Assembly: GCA_002104905.1 (NCBI GenBank)
Contig: MCFE01000168.1
Coordinates: forward strand, 1 to 64,000
Origin: Basidiobolus meristosporus CBS 931.73
Taxonomy: Eukaryota > Fungi > Basidiobolomycota
Direction: 5' to 3'
Length of the DNA: 64,000 nt
The notes beneath the pieces are model-generated. The model was not told the origin of the DNA. It was given only the letters and a program-made list of their open reading frames with translations, and ran no database searches. Shown piece after piece: positions 23,920 through 38,313 of the stretch; position 1 is the first letter of the stretch, and each line of letters opens with the position of its first letter. The translations under genes were made by a program, and so were the position numbers.

Positions 23920-24602
23920 GAGTGATGTGAGGGAGAAACACTACTACCGGCAGTACAGATGGGGAATCGTGGCAATTTTTCAAGATCTAAAAGGTGCCCA
24001 CCTCAAGGGTGGGTTTTATAAATCCCTGCCAAATACCCCGAGATCCTGACCAATCTGGAGAAATTCGCTCAATTACCCGACGCACATGACTACTGGATTC
24101 ACCCAAACCCTTGATCACGTAGGAGTCGTGTGGAACTGCGCTCAATGAAATCATATGAAATTTACTTGTAGGCTCAGCGGATGGCCGCTCAGGGTCATCC
24201 AAACATACGTGGACCTCCACCCGTTCTCAGGATCATTCATCCGCCGCTGAAATTGATGGAATTCTGATGTTGTCGACTGATGAACAATCCTTTCCCCTCG
24301 GGTCAGCTGATATGGGGGAGTGGAGTGACTTAATGCAACAGTAATGTATGATCTAATAATGAACACCTACTCATAGACCTAATATCCATGTGCCCAAGTG
24401 AAGCCTTCACTAGTTGATGAGATTGAAATTAGAAGCTAGATAATCGGTGGGCTTGGTGATGAAATGAATGTATTTCAACAATGATGGAGATTTCTTTGAG
24501 ATTCAATACTGGCGTTTGAACAACAATGATGTACTATATAACAGGGTTAACATAGGGTATTGCAGGTGAGGTTGAAGAGGGAGATGCTAAACATCCATTA
24601 GA

Positions 24603-27600
24603 TTAGAATAAGCCCATAACTCTGCCGGTTTCCGGATCCAAATCAACATCGTAGAAGCAGGGGCGCTAGAAGGGAGCAAAGAGACGAAAGTCAGCCAACA
24701 GTGATCCTTCAAAAGGAGAGATGAAATCAAGTTACAGTGGGGAGGCCTGGCATTGTTTGCATTTCACCCACGAGAGGGTAGAGGAATCCAGCACCTACAC
24801 TGGCGCGGATATCACGGATGGGTACGGTGAAGCCTAGAGGAGTACGTTGGTTTAATGTATCGGAGAAAGATCGTCCGATGGGCGTGCTTACCAGTTGGAA
24901 CGCCCTTGAGCTTGGGATCGTGGGAGAGACTCAAGTGAGTTTTGGCCATGCAGATGGGAAGATTATCAAAACCCTGAAGTTAAGCGGGATTAGTGATGAG
25001 TATGCTCCAGCCGAGAGGGAGAAGATCCGCTGCTATGAATCCACTTACTTGTTTGGTATATAGTTCAACCTTTTGACGAGCGAGGTCAGAGAAGGAGATA
25101 CCGTCCGCACCGTACATCTCCTTGGCAATAGTTTCAATCTTTTGCTCGATGCTTGTGTTGACATCGTAAAGGAACTTGAAATCGGACTCCCTCGAGCATG
25201 CGTTGACCACGGACTTGGCGAGATCAATGGCCCCGAGACCACCTTGGGCCCAGTGGTTGCAAGACACTGCATCATCCGCACCAGCTGACAATGCCAAGCT
25301 CTTCACCAACTCGATCTCAGCGTCGGTGTCGGTCTTGAACTTGTTGACGGCAACGATGACGGAGATTCCGAACTTCTTGGCGTTTTCGATATGCTTCGCG
25401 AGGTTGCCACATCCCTTTTCGAGGAGCTCGAGATTCTCGCTCTGGTACTCGTCGGGCAGAGGCTTGCCAGGGGTGACGTCGGGTCCGCCGCCGTGCATCT
25501 TCAATGCCTTGATGGTGGCGACGAGGATGACCGCGTTCGGGACCAAGCCAGAAACTCGGCACTTGATGTCGAAGAATTTCTCCATACCAATGTCAGCACC
25601 AAAGCCTGCTTCGGTAATCACGTATCCGGCCGCGGAGTCATCCTCGCTCTCCTCAACACCGGCCAGCTTGAGGGCGATGCGGTCGGCGAGGACCGACGAA
25701 TTCCCGTGGGCGATGTTGGCGAATGGACCGGCGTGGACAAAGACTGGGGTGCCTTCAAGGGTCTGCATCAGGTTGGGCTTGATTGCGTCCTTCATCAACA
25801 CGGTCAAAGCGCCACCAATGCCAATATCATCGGCGGTGACTGGCTCCCCGGACTTGCTGGTGGCAATCACCATGCGACCTAATCTCTCGCGCATGTCGCT
25901 CAGCGAGGTGCTCAATGCCAGAACTGCCATGCACTCGCTGGCAACGGCGATGTCGAATCCGGTCTCGCGGCTGTGGCCAAGCTCGGTGGAGTTTTGGCCA
26001 ATGGTGATCTTTCTCAAGAAGCGATCGTTGGTATCCAGAACCCTTTGCCAAGTGATGGTGTTGGGGTCGATGTCTAGTCGGGCGAAGCGGGCCTTCTCCT
26101 CAGGGGTCAAGGAGTCAGGGTCAGTCTTGTTGATGCCCAACTTCTCGAGGCGAGTGAGCATGACTTTCGAGAACTTGCGGACACCGTTCTTGGCTGGGCA
26201 GAGGCGGTTGAAGAGCGCGTTGTCGCTCTGCGTAGACTCGTGGAACATCCTGGCGTCGATCGCAGCCGCGAGCAAGTTGTTGGCCGCGGTGATGGCGTGG
26301 ATATCGCCAGTAAGATGAAGATTGAACTCATCCATAGGGATAACCTGAGAGTAACCACCACCTGCAGCACCACCCTTGATTCCGAAAGTAGGCCCTTGAG
26401 AAGGTTGTCTAACGCAGGCAAAGGCAATCTTGTTGAGGTGGGCACCAAGGGCTTGGACCAAGCCGATGGTTGTGGTGGATTTTCCTTCACCCAATGGGGT
26501 GGGGGTGATGCCAGTCACCACGATGTATTTACCATCCTTACGGTGCTTCAATCTCTCCAGAATAACTGGGTCGATCTTCGCTTTGTACTGGCCGTAGAGA
26601 TCGTATTCTCCTTCGTAGAGCCCGAGGTCCTTGGCGATATGCTTGACCTTTTTTGGCTTCTGTGCCATGGCAATGTCAATATCGCTAGGAACAGGCTCTT
26701 TGAGTTCAAGATGGAGGGGACAGATCTTACGCTCCCTGCTCTTCTCCAGGAAGCGCTTGGCACTGAGCAAGGTATTGGCCATCAACATGGCAACGGTCAT
26801 GGGACCGACACCTCCAGGAACGGGAGTGATCATGGAGGCTACTTCGGAGACCGAGGCGAAGTCAACATCGCCAGTCCAACGGATACCGGACTTTTTGGTC
26901 GAATCGGGGATGGCGTTGGTGCCCACGTCAATGACAACAGCCCCGGGCTTGACCCAGTCTCCCTTGACAAAGTCAGCCTTGCCGATGGCCACCACGAGAA
27001 TATCGGCGGATTTGACGACCTCGGGGAGGTTCTCGGTCTTGGAATGGCAAAGGACAACAGTGGCGTTAAGGTTGGTCAAGATGTTGAAGATGGGGGTACC
27101 AACGATATCACTGCGTCCGATAACCACGGCTTTCTTTCCGGCAATTTCGACATTGGAGCGAAGTAGAAGCTCCTGGATCCCGTAAGGTGTGCAAGGTAAA
27201 AACATGGGCTCACAGCTACGCTTTGAGAGTCTTCCGATATTGTAAGGGTGGAACCTACGAACACAATGGCATTAGAGGCGGAAGAACGTTTCGAGGGCCC
27301 CGAGTGTCAGCGTACCCGTCAACGTCTTTTTCGGGGCTAATAGCTTCGGTGATTTCAATCTCGTTAATGCCTTTAGGCAGGGGAAGTTGGACCAGGATAC
27401 CGTGGATTTTTGGGTTGCTGTTGAGCTCGTTGACAACTTCCAACAACTAGCAAGGAGTTAGATTATGGTCATTTGCTTCGGGTGACTGAAAATACTCTAC
27501 CTCGTGTTGAGTGATGGTTTCCGGTAGCTTATGGTCAGTGAAGTCAAAATCAATCTACAAACAGAGTTCAGGTTTCAGTATTGCCTCGCGAAGCAAACGT

Positions 27601-28011
27601 ACGGGAGTCTTACCTCTTTGGCACATCTTTCCTTTTGTCTGACATAGAGGGAGGAGTCCTCGCGGTTCCCCACTTGAACAATGGCCAAATGTGGCTTGAA
27701 GGTAGAGTACTTCTGCTTTAGTTCAGCGGTTTCTTCCTTGAGCTTAGCACGGATAGACCTGTAGCAAGCAACACACGGTGAAGAGAGAGATTGGGAGAGT
27801 AAATATGGAGTTGCTGGAAGATTCTAACATAAAGCGAAACATACTGAGCAATACTCTTTCCGTCGATGAGTTGGGCCGGCATATTTTGGCAATGATAATT
27901 GAGGCGCGGTGAGGTTAGACGATAAGGGGGGTTAAGGCTTCGAGTGGAAAGACCTCCTAAAGTTATAGATGGAAGAGCTCTAGATTTTGTACGATGTATC
28001 AAACGTAGCAT
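24603..28011 (-). CDS. ADE3: Trifunctional C1-tetrahydrofolate synthase (ADE3/MIS1 type), multi-exon, two in-frame starts (28011 and 27882)
   Basis: [109 protein letters not shown]; ends [13 protein letters not shown]. Confidence 0.97.
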
Positions 28012-28313
28012 GGGTATGGCAGCCTCCGGAGATATCCATCGCTGATGATGAATTCAATGATATCTGGTGGGTGGGAAAATTTTTTTGACTACTTCATACC
28101 CTGGTATGGTGATGAGCATTGCGAGTGTGATAGCTTCTTACTTGATTTGGGTTTGGTTGACACATATCCAGTCATCCACTCTGAAAGGCTTGTCAATGCG
28201 CGGTTATCACTGTCGAGCCCGTTCAACTTCCGGTCATGGGATGCGTAATAAGTGGCAAACAGCTACATTGCAAGGCTCATGCCAATATGCTACCAACGCT
28301 TCGGATCATTGTG

Positions 28314-31300
28314 ATGGCTGAATTTGTATTCGAGGCATTGACGCACATCGCGTTCCATAACACCTCGTCCCGCAATACCCCGTCCTATAACATTGAACCC
28401 GGTACTACATCAATTTGGGCCAAGTTTTCTCGTACTTGCGAAATAGTCCCGCTGGATGTGTCTGGCGTAATTGATAAATCAGAGATCATGGTTTATCATC
28501 GATCTTCGAATTATCAGAAATCTGAAAAGGCAAATCACCCACTAAAGGTGCTCTTGGATGGAAACGAGGCAATCGAATATCTCCATGCACCAATAATTCC
28601 TGACATATGTCGAGCTCAGGTAACGTCCTCTATCTTTGGCCATACCGCCTGCTCCCTTGTTGACGTCCTCTGTAGATTATCACTTTACAGTGCAGACTTT
28701 GAATAGCTGGTCGCAAGAGAGTTTAAGTGCCGTCAAGAATAAAGTAGCGTGAGTGCCCTCAGCCACCGACACTGACAACCAAGTTTTACCAATCAATTCT
28801 ACAGACAGATCGAAAGTTCAACAAATACAACAGTACACTTTATCTCTTCCACCAACGTAACTGTATCACATATACCTCCCGTTTACCAGAATGGGTACAT
28901 AACTAAACGTTCTGGCAAAATACAACACAGGCCTTCAAAGTTCAAGGGAGTAGCTACGAAAAAGTAGATGCGGCGTACGTATGTTACATAGAAAAAACAG
29001 AGTGTTCCCGAGCTAATGGGAGTATTATGGGTCTGTATCAAAACCTATCAGTGCCAGAAAGCTTTTAAAGATAATCCAGGTTCTTCAGAGACAAGAGGTA
29101 TTTGTAAGTGTTCGATAAATACGGAAGGCAAGACATTCACCGTGAGTTACATTGTAGAAATTCTCCCAAAATGCTCGTGAACGGGCTCCTACCACTTCAC
29201 TGTACACTTTTACAGGACAAAGACAGCAGGGTACTGAAAGTGCCTCTGTGTACATACAAAATAGAGAGAAACCCTCTAGTGAACATCCGGAGGATACCTT
29301 GTCAAAATCCTTCCAATTTCATGCAGATATAGAAAATCCTTCCAATCTTTTGGTACCACAGAGCGATGTCAACTACCTGGAGGAAATCTCTTCGTCGACC
29401 AAAACAGTCGCGCTGTTAAAGGATAGGGTATTTCCATCTCCAGAACGTCCAACAAATTCCATGATTCTGATTGTTGATTTTTTGCTAGACTATCACAGTA
29501 ACCGGTCAACGCCTTGAGTGTATCGAGGAAGCCTTGGCTAGATTTCAGCACCTGGAGAATCGAGCAGTGAGAACGGTTCATTTATGTGGCGTCGGACACA
29601 CGCTGATGATTGATTTATATAGCTTCAGGCGTCCTATCAAAACACGATACTCTCGCTAGTTCACTACCCATATGTAGAAAAACGTATCAAGCTGTTCTTT
29701 TTCAACTATTCACCCGCTGGCCTGCATCTCGGGGTTCCTTTCACCAGTAAACATGCGCTCTCAAGTATCTACTTTCTTCTTCCCGTTGTAGAGAATCAAG
29801 AGACTGGCATATGGTCCGGGCCTGACAACATCTATTCTTCCGCATTGAGTAAAATCATTGACTGGGAAAACGCACTTGCCACGCGTACTATACCCAGAAA
29901 CGACTCAAGGCTTGCGGCGATGGATGTCCAAACGAACTCGGCTCCCACCGTAAAGATCGCTTGGAAAGACTTTGCAAACTCCGACCCAATGGAGGTTAAC
30001 GAATGTCCAGTCACTACTACATTAACCACCACACCAAACCACCTCGATGACAACATTGAGAGATCAGATATGAACACGAATCCCACCACCTCAGAACCCT
30101 TACAAGCTTGCCAACCAACACAAGATGTACAAGGCAAGAAAAACCCCGAGTGGAGTCTTCCGGGAAAGCTGTAAATACGACGCTATATTGATAGCACTGC
30201 CTGGGGAACTAAACCACTTCGACTTCTAGACTTCGAGACTACAACTTCAACGAGATTAAAATGGCTTTTCGCAAGAGGTAGGCAGCCGAGCGTATATCCT
30301 GCTTCGTTAAACAGTTATCCAATACGATATCTCCAGCCTAGACCATGTTCGTTATTTCCAGGGCGAAGTTACACTCGAAGCTAGGTCAGTGGTTCGTAAT
30401 AGGGTTGGCTAAAGAGAGCACTCATCCTCATCCCTGCCATTTTCAAATAGATTGGGCAAGATTGCCTATGGCAACGTAACCTCTGATGTTTTGACAAAGC
30501 TCTGGGAACCTCATGAGCTCAATGAGGGGATGAACATCAAACCCATTTTTTCGAACATGTAAGTCGTTTCACTCTCAATCATTCCAACCGCTCTAACCAT
30601 ACTGTCAGAGTGGCAACCGAGTACAGTACAATCAAACACCTGCTGGATCAACTAGGCACTGGCCATTCTCGTCAACCATACTACATCGTTGAAGCAGATG
30701 CGCGATTCAGCCCCAGTAAAAGTTACTCAACAGTACAATTGCACATCAACGCCAATATGGTCAATCTAGAGAAGGTGGTCACCAAGAAAGATCATGTCTT
30801 GGATATCAACTGGAACTCTCTTTCGAGGTAATTTTCTCTCAAGCTTCTTTCACAAAACCCCTGATTAATGGGCGCAGGGTCTACGATTTTCAACTCAAAA
30901 TCTGGACGCGCAAACACCTACGTCACGACATCAAGCCATACACCACCTTCCTGAAGAACATATCGATCAAGTAATGCCATCTTTTAGCCCTCCACCATGA
31001 CGCCAACTAACCAAGCCACACTTGCGACCAAGCCCAAGCGACTTGAAATTTGTATATCGAGACGATGATCGGCACATACGCGTCAAGCAGATCAAGCTCA
31101 AAAGAAAGCAGTTCTACCGAATCGACGATCATCTTACGCTCGAGCTGACCCTTGTCACGATCCTTTCCCCCTTCACGAGCTTCAGCGGGCGAGTAGAAGC
31201 CGATCCGGCACAGGGCAAAAGTTATTTCACTATCCGGGTAAATGTTCCAGGCCTAAAACTAAATGATTGACCGTCACTAATTCATCGAGTCAGGTAAGCA

Positions 31301-31494
31301 GCCACACTCTGGATTCTCACATGTGCCATAATATCTCCCTCCGCCCTGGAGATATACCGCCTTGGTCCGTTGATGAGCTCGTTGGAGGCCCTTCCTGTCA
31401 CCACCTTGTACGGCTCATTCGGACCATGATAATCTTGACTGAGCGAGCGCAAGAGAAACCAGGTGGCAACAAGCAAGCTGGCTCGCCGCAATAA
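28314..31494 (+). CDS. Large multi-exon protein of unknown function
   Basis: A chain of ORF blocks flanked by GT-AG signals (MAEFVFEAL...; ...GKIAYGNV...QPYYIVEADARF...LDINWNSLSR|VYDFQLKIWTRK...). Exon structure is only partly resolved and no family was recognised with confidence. Confidence 0.6.
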
Positions 31495-32391
31495 GCAGGC
31501 GACACCACATCTTGTGTGGCAATTAACCTGGCACAACCTACCATAGGCGAAGCAAATTGGAGATGCAAATTGAAATAATTCAGCATTATGGAGCAACCGA
31601 TAATTCAAATGGCACAACCAATAAAATCCCTCCGCACCAGACCCAACTATTAGTGAATTATTAGCCACCAACAGGATGCACATGCGGCAGCATCTGGCCA
31701 TTCTTACGGACTCGTGCAATTCACGGGTCATCCAACAATTAGTTGGATCATGCTACAGTGTCAATATCTCCTCAGTTTGCACCCAAATCACCCGACCGGA
31801 TAATTTAGGCTTGTTTAAGAGGCACCTTTGTCAAAAGAGGGGATTGTTACAGAAATCATCGGGATCCCCTGGCACAGACAAACAATAACAACCGTCCCAA
31901 TTCGGTGTCGCAGTCACTGGCAGAGAGAACTGGATGTTATCGAAATCGCAAATCTCCAGTGCAGGTTGAATCATTGTATTAAATGCAAACCGAGTCCCTC
32001 TAGGGATTCCGATTTCCTTGTCAACCCATTTGTGATCTTTAACTGTCTCGCTTCTCCCGCCTCTCCTTTCTCCCTCACCCCTTTTTGGTAACCCTCTGTA
32101 GACTGAGAGAAGTCGTTCCATTCCATACTCTCCGCAACAAAGGCTACACGGTGGCCCAAAACTAGAACGCCAACTATAGTCCGTTAAGGATTTCGGTGAA
32201 ACCACTTGAAGCTAGCTTGATACTGGAATAGAGATTCAAGGAGGCTCCTGAACCCGACCTGAAAACCTCCAGACATGCACGAAGGCGAGGTTGAAAAGCA
32301 CCTGAGGTCGCCAGGTTTCGGCGACCTCAGGGTAAAGAAGGAACAAGACCCCCCTAACCTTAAAAGCAACCAGTATGTCATGTGGAATTAT

Positions 32392-33602
32392 ATGGACGAG
32401 AAACTTATCATCAACGACCCTCAACTTCCGACCCTTGACCAGGTCCTTTCAAGAAAGACTACCCCGCCAGTCTGTCTTTACAACTACTACCTATTCCTAC
32501 GGGACACCCACCGCTCCGTAGAGAACCTGGACTTTTGGTTGGATGTTGTCGCGCATGAAAACCTATGTAAATTATATTGTAAAGAGCTTCTCCATAACCT
32601 AAACGAAACCCAAAGCCACGGAAGCTCCCTGTCACCTCCGGAAACCTATGGCACCTCCAACAGTTGTAAGCTCAGCCTCCAGGAAGTCTCCAACGAGCTC
32701 CGATACAGTGCAATCAGTGGAACTAGCACCGAGAGGCGCAGTAGTTCCAATGCCAAATCGGAAGATTTGCCTGACCAAGCTTCCTCTTCTATTGGCACAA
32801 ATCCAAATGCACCGTACGCCAAGCCACGCGCCGCTTCTAGCCTACCGCTGCACCAGACTCAGACCAAGGTCAAGCGGGAAGATTTGAGACAGTCAGCGGA
32901 AAAAATCTACTACAAGTACATCGTTTCCGGGGCAGAAAAGGAACTGATACTTCCCGAGATGATCAAGTATCGCATCTCCCACATGATAGAGGTAGACCAG
33001 CGGGACGATCCGGAAGTCTTTCTGGAGGCCAAACTGTTTGTGTTCGATTATATGGCCCAGGACTCTTTCCCAAGATTTATCCGAGCCAGAGCCTACTCCA
33101 ACCTTGTCGCTCTCCATGCCATGTTCCGGCTAGTGCTAGGTCTCTTCATACTCTTCATAGGCTTTACCGTCGAGTTCACCCTCATCTTTCTAGACTACCA
33201 ACCGCGGCTTACGCGGCTCTGGGTATGTTAATCGGCACTCGTTGGTTTGTGACCGACCCTGTTCTAACTCAACTTCATTGCGTAGGGATTTATTCCAATC
33301 TGGGTTGGAACCCTGAACATCTACGTCCATCAAAAGAGATTCTCGCCCCTTCTTACCATTCTGGGGATTAGGTAACACAGGGTCAACTTCCTACTAAGAA
33401 AACCTCAGGCTAACCGAAACTTCCCCCCCACACACACACACACCTTTCTAGCGAAAAAAGCCTACTTCACTTCAACCGTATCAAGGACTCGCATATCCGG
33501 CATCTTCATGTAGTTCAAGCAATTCGTATAGTCTGCCTCACGTTGGTCATTAGCACGGCTGTGGTTGGCATCTTCTATGCAATCCCAGGGTGTCGTCTAT
33601 AA
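32392..33602 (+). CDS. RAX1: RGS-domain membrane protein, bud-site selection Rax1-like
   Basis: LPTLDQVLSRKTTPPVCLYNYYLFLRDTHRSVENLDFWLDV, DDPEVFLEAKLFVFDYM, three C-terminal TM segments; two introns. Confidence 0.88.
33429..33442 (+). repeat. (CA)7 microsatellite in a RAX1 intron
   Basis: Direct reading of the sequence. Confidence 0.8.
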
Positions 33603-34221
33603 TAGAGCAAGTCCCATATCCCCCCCCCTCATCCAACTAGGGAGCCATCCATTCCCAGATCCAAAAACTCACTCAGTCATCCCCCCCCCCTCCCCACATC
33701 AAAAGCAGTGAGCAAAACCTGCAGGTCCATCCCATGGATCACTTGACCAGACCAACCGTGAAGTGGCCCCCAACATCGGAGTGTTGATTTAGAACTATGT
33801 ATCTTGAGCATTAACTGCACATATTCGACAGGCACCCCACAACAGTGCCTTCCCCTGATTTGCCAATTGATTGGTTGAGTGTATGTAATTATTCCCCACG
33901 AGCACCTCTCGATCCCCCTCATGAGCATGGAGAATCCTTGTAAATTCGTAACATCCGCCGATATTACCACAGTAGATGTATAAAGGACTTTGCGACCATC
34001 CGGGGCACCGTTACACTTGATACCATGAACAATACGTGTCACACGTGCGAAATAGGTTTCTCTATGTCAAACATGGTCGATATCTTTATTTAGTTTACAG
34101 TTGGTAACGTGAAAGGGATATGGTGGTGGTGGTGGTAGGCTCTAAGGAAAGGAATGCGTGAGAAGTCGATGTTCTTTAGGTCGGGATAGTATATGTGAAA
34201 GTGTAGTCGGTTGACAGTGGA

Positions 34222-35035
<814 letters not shown>

Positions 35036-35612
35036 GTGTTTGACTTGAAAGAAGGATTGTGACGGTAATTGTGATTTACAAACGCAGAAGTGAAATATAT
35101 ACGAGCATTGCCTCACAAATCTATTTATTGTGTTGCTAACCTCGCCATCCATTGGCTGATAACCAACGAATCAAACGTAAATAGTGAGCGAAGCGATATC
35201 ATTGGAGGATCTCGGGAGAAAGAGCGAGGAAAAACAAACATCAGAAAAATAAACCATTGACAAATGGATGAAAATGGACGCGTTACTACGCGCATTGAAT
35301 TCCCAACGTAATCATTGGGTGAGACTGGGGTCAAATGTTTCGTGTCTATTAATAAGAAACATCGGTAGTTTAAATGGTGGGAAACTGGCTAGTCCCAGTA
35401 GATTCCTTGATCTGGATTCAAACTCAGCCTGGCTTCAACAACTGTATTCAACCTACCTAAAAGCTATTAGAATACACCCAGAGTAGTGATTTTTTTCAAG
35501 ATCAAATCGCAGTTGATTAATCACAAAAACGATTTTTCAACCGATCAATTCACTGAATCTCCAAAGAAAATTCCACTATGAGCTAGCTGTTGTTCCCTCT
35601 GTTTCTTTTCGT

Positions 35613-35620
35613 TGAGTCAT
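35613..35620 (+). promoter_or_regulatory. Gcn4/CpcA-type site TGAGTCAT just upstream of the GCN3 ATG
   Basis: Perfect core 36 bp before the ATG at 35656. A single site can arise by chance. Confidence 0.3.
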
Positions 35621-35655
35621 TGTACTTGTTGAAACGTTGGAAATTATATTCAAGC

Positions 35656-37130
35656 ATGTCTTCAGGTCAGTACTGATATATAACCTATAATACTAGACTG
35701 AGAAGTAGCTTTGCTAAATGTGCTTCCACTTACATAGTACTGGCACAGAATGTTGTTTTCAACGTGAAGAAATACTTCCATGATCTTATGGCTAGTGACG
35801 AGGTAGAGCTATTTATAACCTTGCCACTCTTCTGGTTTAATAATCAATTGAAGTACTAAATGTGGATACGTTTTAGGACATTTCGATGCCTGTAGCCGCT
35901 ATTCTTACCCTCGTTGAAGTGATCAAGCAGAGCAAAGGTTCAGATTTTCGCCTCTTTGAATGAATATATAGCTAGTTATTCATGTCGAGCGTTGTCAACT
36001 ATAGCGAGCACCATGTCAGAGTTTATGGAGATGTTGGAGGATGCTAGTTTAAGCCTAAAGAGCTCTACTCGTAATTTCATCTCCCTGTCTGCTGGCTGCG
36101 ATCTGTACATGCGATTTGTGACCAGAACCATTCACGACTTATCCGTATGATATTTAGCGTTACGTAATCACCTCCAACCCCTATGCTAAGTTCTGTACGT
36201 TAACAGGACTTCGAAGCTTGTAAAAACCACCTGATCGAGCGTGGAAAATTGTTCAAGCAAAAGGCTATTGATTGTCGCCAAAGCATCGCCTCGTTGGGTT
36301 GCCAATTCATCAAAGACGACGCGGTAAACGTTCTTGTGCAAACAGCTTGGTTGTCGCTGATCCTAAAAGTCACCCGCTTTAGACCATTTTGATCCACTCT
36401 TACTCTCGAGTAGTCATGTTATTGTTGCTGCAAGCGGCTTCCCAGAAAAAGCGCTTCAAGGTCTATGTGACCGAGTCGAGACCTTTGAGTCAAGGGTAGA
36501 GCGAACAGTACCTTTGGGATGATTCTTCGAAATTGGCACTGATACATTGTATCTTAGATTGGAAGCTGCCAAGATTCTTCGCAAGGCTGGAGTCCCAACT
36601 ACCGTGATATTGGATTCTGCTGTAGGATATATTATGGAGAAGGTCGATGCAGTCATTGTTGGTGCTGAGGGAGTTGTCGAGAACGGTGGTGTCATCAACC
36701 AGGTACATATGACCAGTGCTCCAAACATTGCTGCATAAATTAACTCAGCTTATCTCAGATCGGAACATACCAATTGGCCATCGTTGCCAAAACCGCCAAC
36801 AAGCCATTCTATGTGGTCGCTGAGAGTTTCAAATTCGTTCGTCTATTCCCACTTAACCAATACGACCTACCCACCATCACACCTACCACACTGAGCTTCG
36901 ACGACATCGATCAACCAAAAGACACCGACGAGCTTGATGAGGCAGCCTATGTCGTAAGTGGACCCACATTGCCGTATGTGTGAATATGTACTCAACCCAA
37001 CCATGATTTCCAGGCAAAGAACCCTTGCGTCGACTACACTCCACCGGAATATATCACATTGCTTTTCACCGATATCGGTGTTCTTACCCCCAGTGGAGTC
37101 AGTGATGAGTTGATCAAGCTTCATTACTAA
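35656..37130 (+). CDS. GCN3: Translation initiation factor eIF2B alpha subunit (about 9 exons)
   Basis: [51 protein letters not shown]|[57 protein letters not shown]. Confidence 0.96.
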
Positions 37131-38313
37131 GTCCCGCCCAAACCCACCGCATCCGACGTTGGGCCCTTCCTTCACAAGTTGATATTTGATGATTTTTGTT
37201 AGATATAGAAGCTTTCATTTATACCATTACACCAACGTATGGATTTCATTAATTACATTACTAATTAATAAATCATGGCAATGTAAGTAAGATAACCAGA
37301 CTGCACAAAGATTGACCTCGCACAAAAATCACGCCAGCGAGAAAAATGGTTTCAAGCAAGGGTTCGCCGGCGACGGAGATAATCATTTCTAGGAATCTAC
37401 AACAAACAAACGCAGAGTGAAAAAAAGCCATGTACACATTCGAGCCGGCAGGGATCCCACTGGCCCCTTCACAGCAGTGGTAACAATATTTACCGGTATC
37501 CATTTCCACTTAAGGTGCGGGTGGTGACCCTGATGAATTCGGGTTTGAATGCAATCGTTGCTAATCATGAGTGTGCTCTACAAATCCTGCATCGCCCCTA
37601 TCGTTTGGTGATCAGCCAATTATTGGGTGTGTTTTGTCACGTTTGAAACCACCACCAATCTCGCGCGCTCCACTCACATATCCGGTCGCTGCCACAACCC
37701 TGACATGTGAAGAAAAAAGAAAGGTTAATCATGATTCAATTCATCAGCTGTCGTCAACTTAAAATGGTCATGATGATATCAACCTGCGTGCCTGGTATAT
37801 TTACATGGTCATCCCGACTTTGGCCTCATCTCAGATTCACCGCTTCATGCTTATGTTCATGGTCGCTGGTCAGTCGGCATCTTGCAGGGAAGCAGAGCCC
37901 GAACCCGCTGGTGGCCATGTCCTTTGGATCTCTCGTCTGGCTCTTGTCCTGACGTTTGGTCCACCTATGGACTGTAGTACCTAGCATTTCCCTGACATGC
38001 GAGCTTGCAGGGTCGTTTGCAGCTTATTACATCGGGATTGTACGACCACAAATTAGGCAAATTTCCCAAGTAAAGGGTCCAGAAGGAGATTGAACCCTAC
38101 GGTGGTGACCCTGGAACAGCCCAGCGTTAGCCCCAAATATCTACAAACGCATTAGCATGTGAAAGTCGGCAATAGAAAACCAAAATGACATTTTCATATG
38201 AGAGTATGGGGAGGGCTAGGGTTAGGGGAGTACAGGGATTTGATGATCACTGTGGTAGCATTCCCTACATCGCTCAATGGAAAGTCGTGTGCTCTCACAT
38301 GCCACGCCATTGT

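Noticed and set aside
25176-27185. Long plus-strand ORFs (380, 308, 184 aa) opposite C1-THF synthase
   Set aside because: Expected by-product of GC-rich codon usage in a conserved enzyme; no independent protein features.
31831-32205. 124-aa Cys-containing ORF upstream of RAX1
   Set aside because: Starts at GTG, no homology recognised, sits in an intergenic promoter region.
37382-37397. ATCATTTCTAGGAATC resembling U3 snoRNA box A, with a C-box-like ATGATGA near 37770
   Set aside because: Two bases short of the yeast box A as I recall it, no box A' and no sensible B/C/D spacing. An Infernal/Rfam scan of 37.2-38.2 kb would settle it.
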